A stretch of DNA of 64,000 nucleotides from an uncultured Pseudomonadota bacterium. Lineage in GTDB: Bacteria; Bdellovibrionota_B; Oligoflexia; Oligoflexales; CAIMVM01. Shown in pieces: positions 19,534 through 29,381 of the stretch (position 1 is its first letter; each line of letters opens with the position of its first letter). The notes below the pieces were generated by a model, which was given only the letters and a program-made list of their open reading frames with translations, ran no database searches and was not told the origin of the DNA. The DNA lies in contig CAIMVM010000330.1 of the NCBI GenBank assembly GCA_903844895.1, positions 9,255-73,254 on the forward strand, read 5' to 3'. The position numbers and the translations under genes are program-made.

Positions 19534-20274
19534 TCAATCTCTATATATTTGATATCCGGGAAAATCTTTCCAAAGCGAATCTATAAAAACCTGTTCATAG
19601 ACTAAAGACCAGTCGGGCCACTTAAATTCAGCTGGACTGCTAAAAACCGAAGAGGTTTGACCCACTCTGGTGGAATACCACTGAATGGAGTCGTTATAGG
19701 TACGAATCAGGAGGAGTGAAATCTTGGTGGAGCGTAGAGCTCGATCTAAGCCCCGATCCTGATCTTTCACTTCTCTATGATCAAAAACGACAGGAAGTAA
19801 TAAAGCGTCGGACTGTGGAGATGCTTTTTTGAAGTCGATCATCCATTTTTGGAATCCCTTATTTTGAAATAAAGTTGTTCGAAAATAGGAGAGTGGTCCC
19901 TGACAGTCGTCACAAAGAGCGCTCCCTTCAATCAAACGTGGCAACTGGGCGATGAGATCGGGTTTGCCTGCCGTATCTAATGCTTTTTGAATGAGTCGAG
20001 GCGTCTTACCTTTCATAAATGGTTGGCCATTAAAAGAGCTTAGAATAAACGTATCATAAAGTTTACAAGCTTTTTCCATTTGGCTGTAGTCATACACTAA
20101 GGGGGCTGAATGGGAGAAAGCTTGTTTTTCGGGCCAGCTTATGCAAGGAAGAACCGCTATATTTGCTGGCGCCAGAAGATCCTCAGCAGACGCAGCATGG
20201 AAGGATTCCGAATAGAGACTGGAACATGACGCTAAGAAAAGAGGGAAGGCTAGGCCTAGAATCTTTATTTTCAT
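19534..20274 (-). CDS. lipoprotein, function unknown
   Basis: Has lipobox LFLASC. It lies 8 nt downstream of the carboxyltransferase stop. No known motif. Confidence 0.65.
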   Translation of the reverse strand: MKIKILGLAFPLFLASCSSLYSESFHAASAEDLLAPANIAVLPCISWPEKQAFSHSAPLVYDYSQMEKACKLYDTFILSSFNGQPFMKGKTPRLIQKALDTAGKPDLIAQLPRLIEGSALCDDCQGPLSYFRTTLFQNKGFQKWMIDFKKASPQSDALLLPVVFDHREVKDQDRGLDRALRSTKISLLLIRTYNDSIQWYSTRVGQTSSVFSSPAEFKWPDWSLVYEQVFIDSLWKDFPGYQIYRD

Positions 20275-20336
20275 TATGAATCAGGTCTCCTTGGTCGGGA
20301 CAACGTAGTAAAAGGGGCGCAACGTTCCTGTATAAA

Positions 20337-21110
20337 TCATAGTTCCACAATTCCGAGCGCGGAAGAGACGGGCCGTTCCCCCGGTTCATTCAAGGGTCTC
20401 TGATTGATCAATGTACCATGAATCACGAGTCCTGAGCTGCCGCCTCCGTCCAAATTTAGTGCATTGGCAGCACCCAAGAGTTTCATTTCTTGTCCTAATG
20501 ACGCTAGCGAAATTCCCACCGAGTCTTGTCTCCTTCCCTCTACTACGACAAAATAGAGAGTTTGATTATCTGCCGAAAGCCCCACTGCGGTGCGCGGGTT
20601 TTTTGACTGGCAAAAGCTAGGGCACTTTACGTCTTCAGTTGGTAAGCGTGGGACTCCGTTTCGAACTAAGGAGTGCATACCGCTCACCACCGTATGCCAA
20701 GAAGGCTGAATCACATTGGAATAAGTATGCTTGATGATACAGATGCTGTCCGCTGTGCAAGCAAGGAGTCCCGTGACTTCCTTTCTGCTGTAAATAGCTT
20801 TCCATTCTTTACCCTGTGAAACCGTAACTCCTAGTGATGAATACTGGGAGTTAAAGTAGCTCGCATTTATGAGAGCGATGGCGTTCATTTGATTCGCAAA
20901 TACGGTAGGTAGAGAACCGCGATTTTGTTCTCTAGACAACTCTACCCGAAAATGGGGCTGCCTTAAATCCAATCGTGTGGCGTGAAAAATGAGAGGCGGA
21001 TTGCTATAGGACCAAGTGGCATAAGAAAGCCCTGGTTTTACGGAATCCCAATCTGCACCCCTAGAAAGGGTTGCGTAAAAACAGATCAGAATTGTTAAAA
21101 AATAGGACAT
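20337..21110 (-). CDS. phosphodiester glycosidase family protein (DUF2233-like)
   Basis: Has the NASYF and LNLDGGGSS motifs. The ATG at 21110 (MSYFLTIL signal peptide), preceded by AAGGTGG, avoids the overlap with dapA that the ORF-track start at 21137 creates. Confidence 0.7.
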   Translation of the reverse strand: MSYFLTILICFYATLSRGADWDSVKPGLSYATWSYSNPPLIFHATRLDLRQPHFRVELSREQNRGSLPTVFANQMNAIALINASYFNSQYSSLGVTVSQGKEWKAIYSRKEVTGLLACTADSICIIKHTYSNVIQPSWHTVVSGMHSLVRNGVPRLPTEDVKCPSFCQSKNPRTAVGLSADNQTLYFVVVEGRRQDSVGISLASLGQEMKLLGAANALNLDGGGSSGLVIHGTLINQRPLNEPGERPVSSALGIVEL

Positions 21111-21120
21111 AGACCACCTT

Positions 21121-21996
21121 TTAGACTTTAAGGCCAAAATCGCGAAGAATATTCTTTAAAGAAATGAGGTTTTCGGACTCTAATTCTGTAAGAGGAGACC
21201 TGATTTCAGGTTGAATCCACCCGAGAAGCGCCATGGCAGCTTTTACAGGAATGGGATTTGTTTCCATAAACATGGCCTTCATGACCGGAAACATTTTTCT
21301 GTGAATTTTAAGAGCAGCTTCGGTGTCGCGAGCTTGATAGGCCGCAATCAACTCTTTGGTCTCTTTAGGTAAAATATTAGCTACAACGGAGATTACCCCG
21401 CGGGCGCCAATGGAAAGGCCTGGAAGAAGCAGCATATCGTCACCGGAAAGAATCGAGAACTCTTTATCCATTAGGGCGGCGATCTCACTCATCTGTACCA
21501 AATCACCAGAAGCTTCTTTGACAGCACAAACATTCTTGTTTCTAGAAATCTCAAAAAGCGTCTTGGGCATAATATTTACGCCTGTGCGGCCCGGAACGTT
21601 GTAGGCAATGATAGGGATAGAAACAGATTCCGCGACCTCTTTAAAATACTTAATAAGGCCTTTCTGGGTAGGTTTATTGTAATACGGAGTGACTACAAGA
21701 CAGGCATCTGCCCCATCTTTTTCGGCAGCTTTTGACAGAAAAATAGCCTCGGCAGTGCTATTTGATCCCGTTCCCGCAATCACCTTCATTCTTTTGCGGG
21801 TATACTTAACGGCAAGCTGTATGAGGTGTTGATGTTCATCAAAGCTGAGGGTAGCAGATTCTCCCGTTGTGCCGCATGGGATAATGCCGTCCGTTCCAGC
21901 AGCTACATGCATTTCAATAAGAGCCGCAAAGGCTTTCTCGTCTATTTTAGAGTCGCGAAAAGGCGTAACTAAAGCCACAAAAGAACCCGTAAACAT
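21121..21996 (-). CDS. dapA: 4-hydroxy-tetrahydrodipicolinate synthase
   Basis: Has GSFVALVTPF, GTTGES, YNVPGRTG and the Schiff-base Lys context VCAVKEASG. Confidence 0.92.
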   Translation of the reverse strand: MFTGSFVALVTPFRDSKIDEKAFAALIEMHVAAGTDGIIPCGTTGESATLSFDEHQHLIQLAVKYTRKRMKVIAGTGSNSTAEAIFLSKAAEKDGADACLVVTPYYNKPTQKGLIKYFKEVAESVSIPIIAYNVPGRTGVNIMPKTLFEISRNKNVCAVKEASGDLVQMSEIAALMDKEFSILSGDDMLLLPGLSIGARGVISVVANILPKETKELIAAYQARDTEAALKIHRKMFPVMKAMFMETNPIPVKAAMALLGWIQPEIRSPLTELESENLISLKNILRDFGLKV

Positions 21997-22184
21997 ATTT
22001 GTTCCTTAAAATATCGTGGAAGGGTGAACGACACACCCTACCTTTTTTTTCTACCTTTGTTGAGGCCTATTTTTTCTGGAAGCGACCTAAACTGTGCCAA
22101 AAAAACGAGCCGAAGTCAAAAGAGCCTCCCCCTAAAACGAAGGCATGACGATGATTTAAGAATAAGCTACAATGGGAATTCAGA

Positions 22185-24299
22185 ATGAACGAGAGATCCC
22201 ACATGAATTTAAATGAAATTATGACTCCCAGTGCCTTAGACCCTATGATCATGGCAGGAGATTTTTCTCCCGACAGTCGATTTTTTACCTATTTAAAGGG
22301 CTCCTCCGGTGATCCCAACAAAATGGATTTATGGGCCTACGATTTAGACGCGAAAACGGCTAGGGTGCTCGTTGCGACAAACCAGCTAACGGTGAGCGAT
22401 GAACAACTTTCGGACGAGGAAAAGGCCCGCAGAGAAAGACTGAGACTTTTTGTTTCAGGTATCTCTTCGTATGAGTGGTCGTCTGTTAATCAGCAGGTGC
22501 TTTTGTTTCTTGCGGGGGCAATCTTTTTACGCCAAACGGATGGCGGGATATTGCCTGTTGTGGAATCGGGGGCAATGGATGCCAAGTTTTCGCCAAAAGG
22601 CCATTATATTTCTTGGATTTCTGAGCGAAACCTTCACTTGTGGAATGTCGGTTCAAGGGTGAGCACTCCGCTGACGAAGCATGGCGGTGGCACCATAAGC
22701 GTAGGAGCCGCGGAGTTTGTAGCTGAAGAAGAACTCCAAAGATTTGAAGGATATTGGTGGTCGGATGACGAAGCCTATATAGCCTTTGAAGAGTTTGATG
22801 AGTCGCAGGTAGAAATCAAAAAACGCCATGAGATCTACGCAGATCGCGTTGATATAGTGGAACAAAGGTATCCTGCAGCAGGTAAGACCAACGTATCCTG
22901 GAAGCTTGGCGTCTTGGATATAAACTCCCGCGAGACCATTTGGATTCCCACTGCCACAGAGGACACGTATTTGGCTCGGGCGGCATGGTGTCAAGGCGCG
23001 TTCTTTTTTATGATTTTAAATCGACTTCAGACCGAGGCTCAGATCTTTCGATATGATGTGAAGGCGAGAGTTTTAAAGAAGATTTTAACCGAGACCGCAT
23101 TGCCATGGTTTAATTTGGTAGATAAGCTCCGTTTTACTCCCGGTGGCGATTTAGTTTTAGTAAGCGAAAGAACTGGATTTGCGAGTATTTTTATATACAG
23201 CGCCGATGGCGAAGCCAAACGCTCTCTGTGCTTTAAGGACGAATCGGTTCTTAAAATTGTAAATATTCATGACGACGCCATAGACCTTATTTGTGCCACG
23301 AAGGATGGTATGGGACATGTAGCAAAACGCTGCAGTCTAAAGGAACCTGGTAAAGAGCAGATTTTATCTGATATCAAAGGTGTGGCTGGGTGCGTTTCAA
23401 GTAAAGATAAAAGGTGGGCGGCGATCGTCCAAACATCGACCCATCTTCCGCAAAGAGTCGACATCAAAGATCTTGAAACTTCTGTGACCCAGGTGGTTCA
23501 TGAAGCCAAGATGAAACCCCATATTTTAGAGAAACTTTCTGAACCTGAATTTGGTAGTTTAGAGTTCGCGGACTATTCCCTTTTTTATCGGATGATTCGG
23601 CCCCAAGATTTTGATCCGAAGAAAAAGTATCCTGCCATAATCTACGTCTATGGTGGTCCCCATGCGCAAAAGGTAAACCATGGTTGGCAGGGGATGTATT
23701 ATCTCTATGCTCACTACCTAGCGAGTCAAGGGTTTGTGGTTTTTACACTTGATAATCGTGGTTCAGCAAACCGCGGTAAATCTTTTGAATCTCCCATTTC
23801 TAAAGCATTTGGCTCCATTGATTTAGAGGATCAAATTTCAGGAGCTAGATATTTACAGTCTCTGCCTTATATCGAGAGCAGCCGTATAGGGATTTATGGG
23901 TGGAGCTACGGTGGTTATTTGACATTGATGGCGATGTGCAAAGCCCCTGATATATTTAAAGTAGGCTCTAGTGGCGCTCCAGTAACAGACTGGTTCCTTT
24001 ATGACACGGCCTATACAGAAAGGTATTTAGGCCTCCCTAAAGAAGATCCTGAGTCCTATTCGCAAGCAAGTGTGTTTTCTTGGACGAAGGGATTGCAAGG
24101 AAGGCTGCAACTCATTCATGGGATGGCAGATGATAACGTGCTCTATGTCAATTCCACGATGCTGTATTCAGAGTTGCAAAAATTAGGTAAACCTTTTGAG
24201 ATTCAAGCTTATCCAGGCGAGAAGCATGCCCTGTCTTCTATTCCCATGCGCGTTCATTGTTATGCGAGTATAACTCGATTTTTTAAGGATAATTTATGA
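22185..24299 (+). CDS. S9B dipeptidyl-peptidase IV family serine peptidase
   Basis: Has a beta-propeller N-terminal half. The catalytic triad contexts GWSYGGY, HGMADDNV and GEKHAL are all present. Confidence 0.88.
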   Translation: MNERSHMNLNEIMTPSALDPMIMAGDFSPDSRFFTYLKGSSGDPNKMDLWAYDLDAKTARVLVATNQLTVSDEQLSDEEKARRERLRLFVSGISSYEWSSVNQQVLLFLAGAIFLRQTDGGILPVVESGAMDAKFSPKGHYISWISERNLHLWNVGSRVSTPLTKHGGGTISVGAAEFVAEEELQRFEGYWWSDDEAYIAFEEFDESQVEIKKRHEIYADRVDIVEQRYPAAGKTNVSWKLGVLDINSRETIWIPTATEDTYLARAAWCQGAFFFMILNRLQTEAQIFRYDVKARVLKKILTETALPWFNLVDKLRFTPGGDLVLVSERTGFASIFIYSADGEAKRSLCFKDESVLKIVNIHDDAIDLICATKDGMGHVAKRCSLKEPGKEQILSDIKGVAGCVSSKDKRWAAIVQTSTHLPQRVDIKDLETSVTQVVHEAKMKPHILEKLSEPEFGSLEFADYSLFYRMIRPQDFDPKKKYPAIIYVYGGPHAQKVNHGWQGMYYLYAHYLASQGFVVFTLDNRGSANRGKSFESPISKAFGSIDLEDQISGARYLQSLPYIESSRIGIYGWSYGGYLTLMAMCKAPDIFKVGSSGAPVTDWFLYDTAYTERYLGLPKEDPESYSQASVFSWTKGLQGRLQLIHGMADDNVLYVNSTMLYSELQKLGKPFEIQAYPGEKHALSSIPMRVHCYASITRFFKDNL

Positions 24300-25648
24300 T
24301 CATTAAGTCTGATAAAGATTTGTTTTCTGAACATTTAAACCATCTCCAAGCAAGGCTTTGGAAAAATATCTCGGAACAGGGATATGACAGTCTGGTCATT
24401 ACGTCGGGGCGAAAAGAATATTATTTTGCAGATGATCAAAGTTTCCCATTTGAACGGACGCCCCATTTTATACATTGGTGTCCGGCTCAGGGCGAAGCCC
24501 ACCTACTAGAGCTGAGGCCTGGAAAGAAACCAAAGCTAGTTTTTCTAGCAGCAGATGACTATTGGCATGAGCCTGCAAACGTCGAAGGATTTTGGAACGA
24601 GTTCTTTGATATTGTCGTCGTTAAAGATGTGAACCATCGCTTCGATCAAATCAATCAAAAAGGAAAGATTGGTTTTATTGGATTAGATCGCAATCTGCCA
24701 CAAGGCTTCGAAGTGAATCCAGATCCTCTTACGAAAGCTATGGATTGGCTTCGCTCTTACAAGACGCCTTGGGAAGTGGAATTGTTAAGGCGCGCAAGCC
24801 GCATTGCAGCGCGCGGTCATAAAGCAGCTGAAGCCTGTTTTTTGTCGGGAGGATCAGAATTTGATATTCATGCAAGTTATATCTATACCGTGAAACAGAC
24901 TGATGATGAACTTCCGTATGGAACCATTGTCGGCTTGAATGAACACGCAGGATTTTTGCATTATGAATCGAAAGAACAAGGCTCTAGTGGTTCTGTTCTG
25001 CTTATTGATGCTGGCGCCCGCGTCGAAGGCTACGGGTCTGACATCACGCGGACCTATGTCGGCGATAGCGGAAGGAAAACCAGAAGGGGGCGAGTCGTGT
25101 CTCGTGAGGGATTGAATTGCTTTGGTGCCATTTTAAAGGAGATGGATTTACTGCAATTGAGGATTTGCTCTGAAATCAAGACGGGAATGGCTTTTGCTGC
25201 GTTACATAAACAAACCTGCCTATGGATTACAGATTTGCTAGAAAATATAGGGTTAGTCTCTCATGTGGGTACAGATGAGAGAACTCGCCTGGCGATTTCA
25301 AGGGCTTTTCTTCCGCATGGTTTAGGGCATATGCTTGGGATTCAGGTTCACGATGTGGGAGGCCATCAGTTCAATCTGAGTGGCAAGATGTTTGAACTCA
25401 ATCAGGAATTTCCTACATTAAGAAATTACAGGACTATAGAAGAGGGTCATGTTTTTACAATAGAACCTGGACTCTATTTCATCCCGATGCTTTTAAATGA
25501 ACTTAGAGCCAAGTTTCCGTCTCTAGTTGTGGACTGGAGACTCATTGATGAGCTGATTCCCTGTGGAGGAATTAGAATTGAAGACAATTTGTTTGTTTCT
25601 GGAGCTGGTGTAGAGAACTTGACAAGGCCGGCTTTTAGCAATGTGTAA
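24296..25648 (+). CDS. pepQ: Xaa-Pro dipeptidase (M24B)
   Basis: Has an ATGA overlap with the upstream gene. The metal-ligand blocks LIDAGA, DITRT, HGLGHMLGIQVHD, IEPG and IRIEDN are present. Confidence 0.85.
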   Translation: MIIKSDKDLFSEHLNHLQARLWKNISEQGYDSLVITSGRKEYYFADDQSFPFERTPHFIHWCPAQGEAHLLELRPGKKPKLVFLAADDYWHEPANVEGFWNEFFDIVVVKDVNHRFDQINQKGKIGFIGLDRNLPQGFEVNPDPLTKAMDWLRSYKTPWEVELLRRASRIAARGHKAAEACFLSGGSEFDIHASYIYTVKQTDDELPYGTIVGLNEHAGFLHYESKEQGSSGSVLLIDAGARVEGYGSDITRTYVGDSGRKTRRGRVVSREGLNCFGAILKEMDLLQLRICSEIKTGMAFAALHKQTCLWITDLLENIGLVSHVGTDERTRLAISRAFLPHGLGHMLGIQVHDVGGHQFNLSGKMFELNQEFPTLRNYRTIEEGHVFTIEPGLYFIPMLLNELRAKFPSLVVDWRLIDELIPCGGIRIEDNLFVSGAGVENLTRPAFSNV

Positions 25649-26684
25649 CTTTTTAGGAATGAGGACTCCCATGTCGTTTCTTCGACCTTTCTTTTTCATT
25701 TGCGCTGCATTTGGGGCTACATTTTGGACTGGTGTTGGACTTTCTGGCAATGAAGACCGCTATGCAGAGTATCAAGCTGCAGAAATACAGCCTTTTTATA
25801 GTTCTGGTTATTTTGATCGATTGAAACTTCGAGATGGTAAGTCTTTGGCTTATGCGGTTTTTGAGAACAAATCAAGCGATCGCGCCATTGTTCTTATGCA
25901 AGGCCGTACGGAATCTATGTTTAAATATGCCGAGTGGATTTATGATTTGCATCGTTTGGGATATACAGTTTTCGCTTTTGATTTTAGAGGTCAGGGGAAT
26001 TCTGATCATTTAGTGCCTAATAAGCCCAGTTATGGACATATAGACGATTTTGATACCTACGTAGAAGATTTAAGAGAGTTTTTGGAGAAAGTGGTAGCAC
26101 CTAGACAGAAAGGAAAGCTTTTCTTGTACGCCCATTCTATGGGCGGAGCCGTAGCCGTAATGCATGAGTTGAAATATCCCCATCGTTTTTTGGGAACGGT
26201 TCTCCAGGCTCCTATGTTAGACATTAAAACGAGTCCCATCCCGCAATTTATTGCAAAAGCAATGGTTCGACTGATGGTTTTTTTCGGTTATGGAGAGAGC
26301 TTGCCCCCTATGCAAAAAGAAGCGGTCGTTCATGAAAAAAATACGGTAACGACTTCGACGATAAGGCGCGAGTACACTTTAGCTATGAGAATGAAGAATA
26401 AAGCTGCTTATATCGGCCCTCCCACCAATCTTTGGGTAGAACGAGCTTTTGCAGCCACCGAAGACTTTAGCTCAGCGGCAAAAAAACTTACTAATTCCAT
26501 TCTTATGTTTCAGGCCGGTGACGATCATTATGTTGTAAATGAAACCCTGGATGACTTTTGCCGCAGTACGAAAGATTGCAAGAGTATTATGATGGCGGAA
26601 GGGATGCATGAACTCTACATGGAGCGGGATCAAGTTCGAGATGAAGTACTTAAAAAAACATCTGAGTACTTCCATCGATTTTAG
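25641..26684 (+). CDS. alpha/beta hydrolase, lysophospholipase L2 (PldB)-like
   Basis: Has GRTESMFKYAE, FDFRGQGNSD and the nucleophile elbow HSMGG. The start may instead be the ATG at 25671, which follows a GAGGA. Confidence 0.75.
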   Translation: MCNFLGMRTPMSFLRPFFFICAAFGATFWTGVGLSGNEDRYAEYQAAEIQPFYSSGYFDRLKLRDGKSLAYAVFENKSSDRAIVLMQGRTESMFKYAEWIYDLHRLGYTVFAFDFRGQGNSDHLVPNKPSYGHIDDFDTYVEDLREFLEKVVAPRQKGKLFLYAHSMGGAVAVMHELKYPHRFLGTVLQAPMLDIKTSPIPQFIAKAMVRLMVFFGYGESLPPMQKEAVVHEKNTVTTSTIRREYTLAMRMKNKAAYIGPPTNLWVERAFAATEDFSSAAKKLTNSILMFQAGDDHYVVNETLDDFCRSTKDCKSIMMAEGMHELYMERDQVRDEVLKKTSEYFHRF

Positions 26685-26739
26685 AGAGTAGCGACGAGTC
26701 TGGACAAGATTAAGGTGACCATCTTGGTAGAAGGGCACC

Positions 26740-27402
26740 TTATTTTTTTTTGAGGCTCTCATAAGTTAGGTCTGGGGCTGTTAAAGTTTTTCTCGCCCAA
26801 ATACCCAGCAGTTTTTTCTGAACGGAGCTGTTGATGAATTGGCTTGGGTGATTGCTGATTTTAAGCTTATAAATTAGGTGATGCATCGTAATAGCCGCGC
26901 AAACACTGATATTCATAGACTCTACGAGCCCCATCATGGGGATGGTGAAATAGACATCCACAAATCGACTCCAGTCTTCGCTCACGCCGGCATGTTCATT
27001 CCCAAACAAAATCGCTAGGGGTTTTTCTAGAGGCAGATCGTGCAGGGAAACACTATCCGGCGCTGGCATGCCTGCTGCTATCAAATAGCCTTGAGCCTTG
27101 ATTGCCAGGGCGCACTCTTCAATAGATTTCCATTTGCTAATGGTTAGCCAATCCGCTACTCCGCGGGCTGAAGTAGATGCTCGAAATGGTTCATTAAGAG
27201 TAACGATATCTATGTTTTGGATTCCAAAAGCTTCGGCAGATCTCAGGCAGGCGGAAATATTATGGGGGTTGTGAACATCTTGAAGAATGAGACGGACGTG
27301 ATGAGTTCGTTTTTGGACGGCCGTTTTAAGTCTGTCGCGGCGATGGGGGGTAAGGATCTCTGAGAGAACATCCCAACTATCTTCGGGTATTTCTTTGGTC
27401 AT
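26740..27402 (-). CDS. trmH: tRNA (guanosine(18)-2'-O)-methyltransferase, SpoU/TrmH family
   Basis: Has VHNPHNISACLRSAEAFG, FGNEHAGVS and the SMNISVCAA SPOUT motifs. Confidence 0.85.
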   Translation of the reverse strand: MTKEIPEDSWDVLSEILTPHRRDRLKTAVQKRTHHVRLILQDVHNPHNISACLRSAEAFGIQNIDIVTLNEPFRASTSARGVADWLTISKWKSIEECALAIKAQGYLIAAGMPAPDSVSLHDLPLEKPLAILFGNEHAGVSEDWSRFVDVYFTIPMMGLVESMNISVCAAITMHHLIYKLKISNHPSQFINSSVQKKLLGIWARKTLTAPDLTYESLKKK

Positions 27403-27418
27403 GTGGGGTACTTTCTTT

Positions 27419-28426
27419 TTAGAGCGTGTTTAGGGAAGGCTCATTCCCCCCTTCATACAGCAACTCGCTCAGTACATTCAAGTCGTCAATTTCGTCATGA
27501 TTAGCCTGAAACATATCGTTCATAATTAGAGACTTGTTGATGCTTTGCAGTGCTGTAGCTACCAGGGGGCCAATTTCAAAGGACGAATAGTTTTTGCCGT
27601 AGTTGCGCAAAATATGTTCAGAGAGGTAGCGAAGTGCAACTTCCCAGTTTTCATTGCGTTCCTCAAGCATCATTTTTTTACCCTGAAGGGTCTTAACCAT
27701 GAGGTTGAGTTGTTTGACCCTAAGTGACTCATCCCCATGGGATAGCTCTTTAGAACTTATTGTGTTTTGACTTGCGGGGAGTAAGGTTTTTGTAAGCCTT
27801 GGCGTGGCATCTGGGAAGGGAGTAGAAAATTTGGTGTTATGGCGTTCGCGCCCCTTATCTGGTCGAAGATACCATTCAGGAGTTTCATGGGAGTTGGCAG
27901 GAGCAGGCGCTTTTGAAGAGTGCAATGGTTTTGAAAATCTTGCACGTGGGAATGAAGAGTCAGGTGCGGTAGGTCTCGCATGTAAACTTACAATCTGATC
28001 TTCTAAGGACTTTATTTTTTCAGAAAGAGAATGAACCTCTTCGTCTTTTGCAAAAAGCTTTGATTCCAAATGGGTTCTATCTTGAAACCAAGAATTTTCT
28101 TTAAAAGAGCCAGCTTTTTTTTGGTTCTCCAAGGCAAGATTCAGTTGCGCTATCTCCTCAGAGTTTGCTTCTAGCTTCGCTTGAAGGTTTCCCCGGAGCT
28201 CCTCTGACACTCTAATGTGGGAATGAAGTGTTTCCATTTCACTTTGCAGGTTTATAAGCTCTTTGGAGGGAGCACCCCTATCAGCAGCGTGGCATTCCAA
28301 CTGATTTGGATCGGGTTCTGAGCGCCTTAAAATGTAGATCAAAGCACCAAACGCACAGGCTGCAAGCCCAAAGGCTGAAGCGGCAAGAAGGTCTTGAATC
28401 ATCCTAGTCGTCTCCATTAGATTCAT
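27419..28426 (-). CDS. membrane-anchored coiled-coil protein, function unknown
   Basis: Has one N-terminal hydrophobic span followed by long heptad-like segments. Confidence 0.6.
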   Translation of the reverse strand: MNLMETTRMIQDLLAASAFGLAACAFGALIYILRRSEPDPNQLECHAADRGAPSKELINLQSEMETLHSHIRVSEELRGNLQAKLEANSEEIAQLNLALENQKKAGSFKENSWFQDRTHLESKLFAKDEEVHSLSEKIKSLEDQIVSLHARPTAPDSSFPRARFSKPLHSSKAPAPANSHETPEWYLRPDKGRERHNTKFSTPFPDATPRLTKTLLPASQNTISSKELSHGDESLRVKQLNLMVKTLQGKKMMLEERNENWEVALRYLSEHILRNYGKNYSSFEIGPLVATALQSINKSLIMNDMFQANHDEIDDLNVLSELLYEGGNEPSLNTL

Positions 28427-28534
28427 GATCTATCTATTTTATCAGCAGCTTGGCAACCCCAGGTGTGTTGTTTTTGCTTAGATGCTAGTCATTAGTGGTC
28501 TAAGGAGTGGGATTGAACTTGTCGGAAGCTGGCG

Positions 28535-29308
28535 TTAATAGTGATAATGTTTGATTTTTTCGCCCTTTGCGCCAATTTCCATCATAGCCTCAATGCCGAT
28601 ATCGAGATGTAGGTCTACAAAATTAGTAGTTACGACTTTATCGCTTTCCTCGGTCTTAACTCCATCGGGCACCATGGGCACATCACTCACTAAAAGGAGC
28701 GCGCCACGAGAAATCTCATTTGAAATTCCCACACTAAACAACGTTGCCGTTTCCATGTCGATAGCAATAGCTTTATATGTTTTCAGTCGTTCCTTAAAAG
28801 AGTCGTCATGTTCCCAAACTCTGCGGTTCGTGGTGTAAACAATGCCAGTTCGATAGTCCAAGCCTTTGCTTAATATTTTCTCAGAAACAAACTTATGAAG
28901 TTTAAAACTTGGCAGTGCTGGAACTTCTGGGGGAAGGTAATCATTAGATGTACCTTCTCCGCGAATCGCCCCTAAGGGTAAAACCAAGTGACCAATCTCA
29001 GACGAGCGCTTAAGGCCGCCGCATTTTCCTAAAAAAAGAACTCCTTTAGGGTGGATCGCGGTTAAAAGATCCATCACTATAGCTGCATTGGCTGATCCCA
29101 TGCCAAAATTAATAATGCTGAGCCCTGAAGAGTTGGTAGCAGTTTGCATGGGGCGGTCCATCCCATAAACCTTACAAGAAAATCGCTCTGCAAATTTGTG
29201 GACATAGTTTTGAAAATTTGTGAGAAGGATAAACTCCCCAAATTGATCCAAAGGACAGCCGGTATATCTAGGCAACCAATTTTTTACTATTTCATCTTTT
29301 GTCTTCAT
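28535..29308 (-). CDS. amn: AMP nucleosidase, short form (PNP_UDP_1 fold)
   Basis: WLPRYTG, ILLTNFQNYV, GMGSANAA and DMETA resemble the catalytic domain of AMP nucleosidase. Confidence 0.75.
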   Translation of the reverse strand: MKTKDEIVKNWLPRYTGCPLDQFGEFILLTNFQNYVHKFAERFSCKVYGMDRPMQTATNSSGLSIINFGMGSANAAIVMDLLTAIHPKGVLFLGKCGGLKRSSEIGHLVLPLGAIRGEGTSNDYLPPEVPALPSFKLHKFVSEKILSKGLDYRTGIVYTTNRRVWEHDDSFKERLKTYKAIAIDMETATLFSVGISNEISRGALLLVSDVPMVPDGVKTEESDKVVTTNFVDLHLDIGIEAMMEIGAKGEKIKHYHY

Positions 29309-29381
29309 TCGCTAAAGTCTCCATGCTCTGGGGCCTAAATCATCCGCCCACCTTCGTGGTGAGATCTCAATAGGAGTTTAC

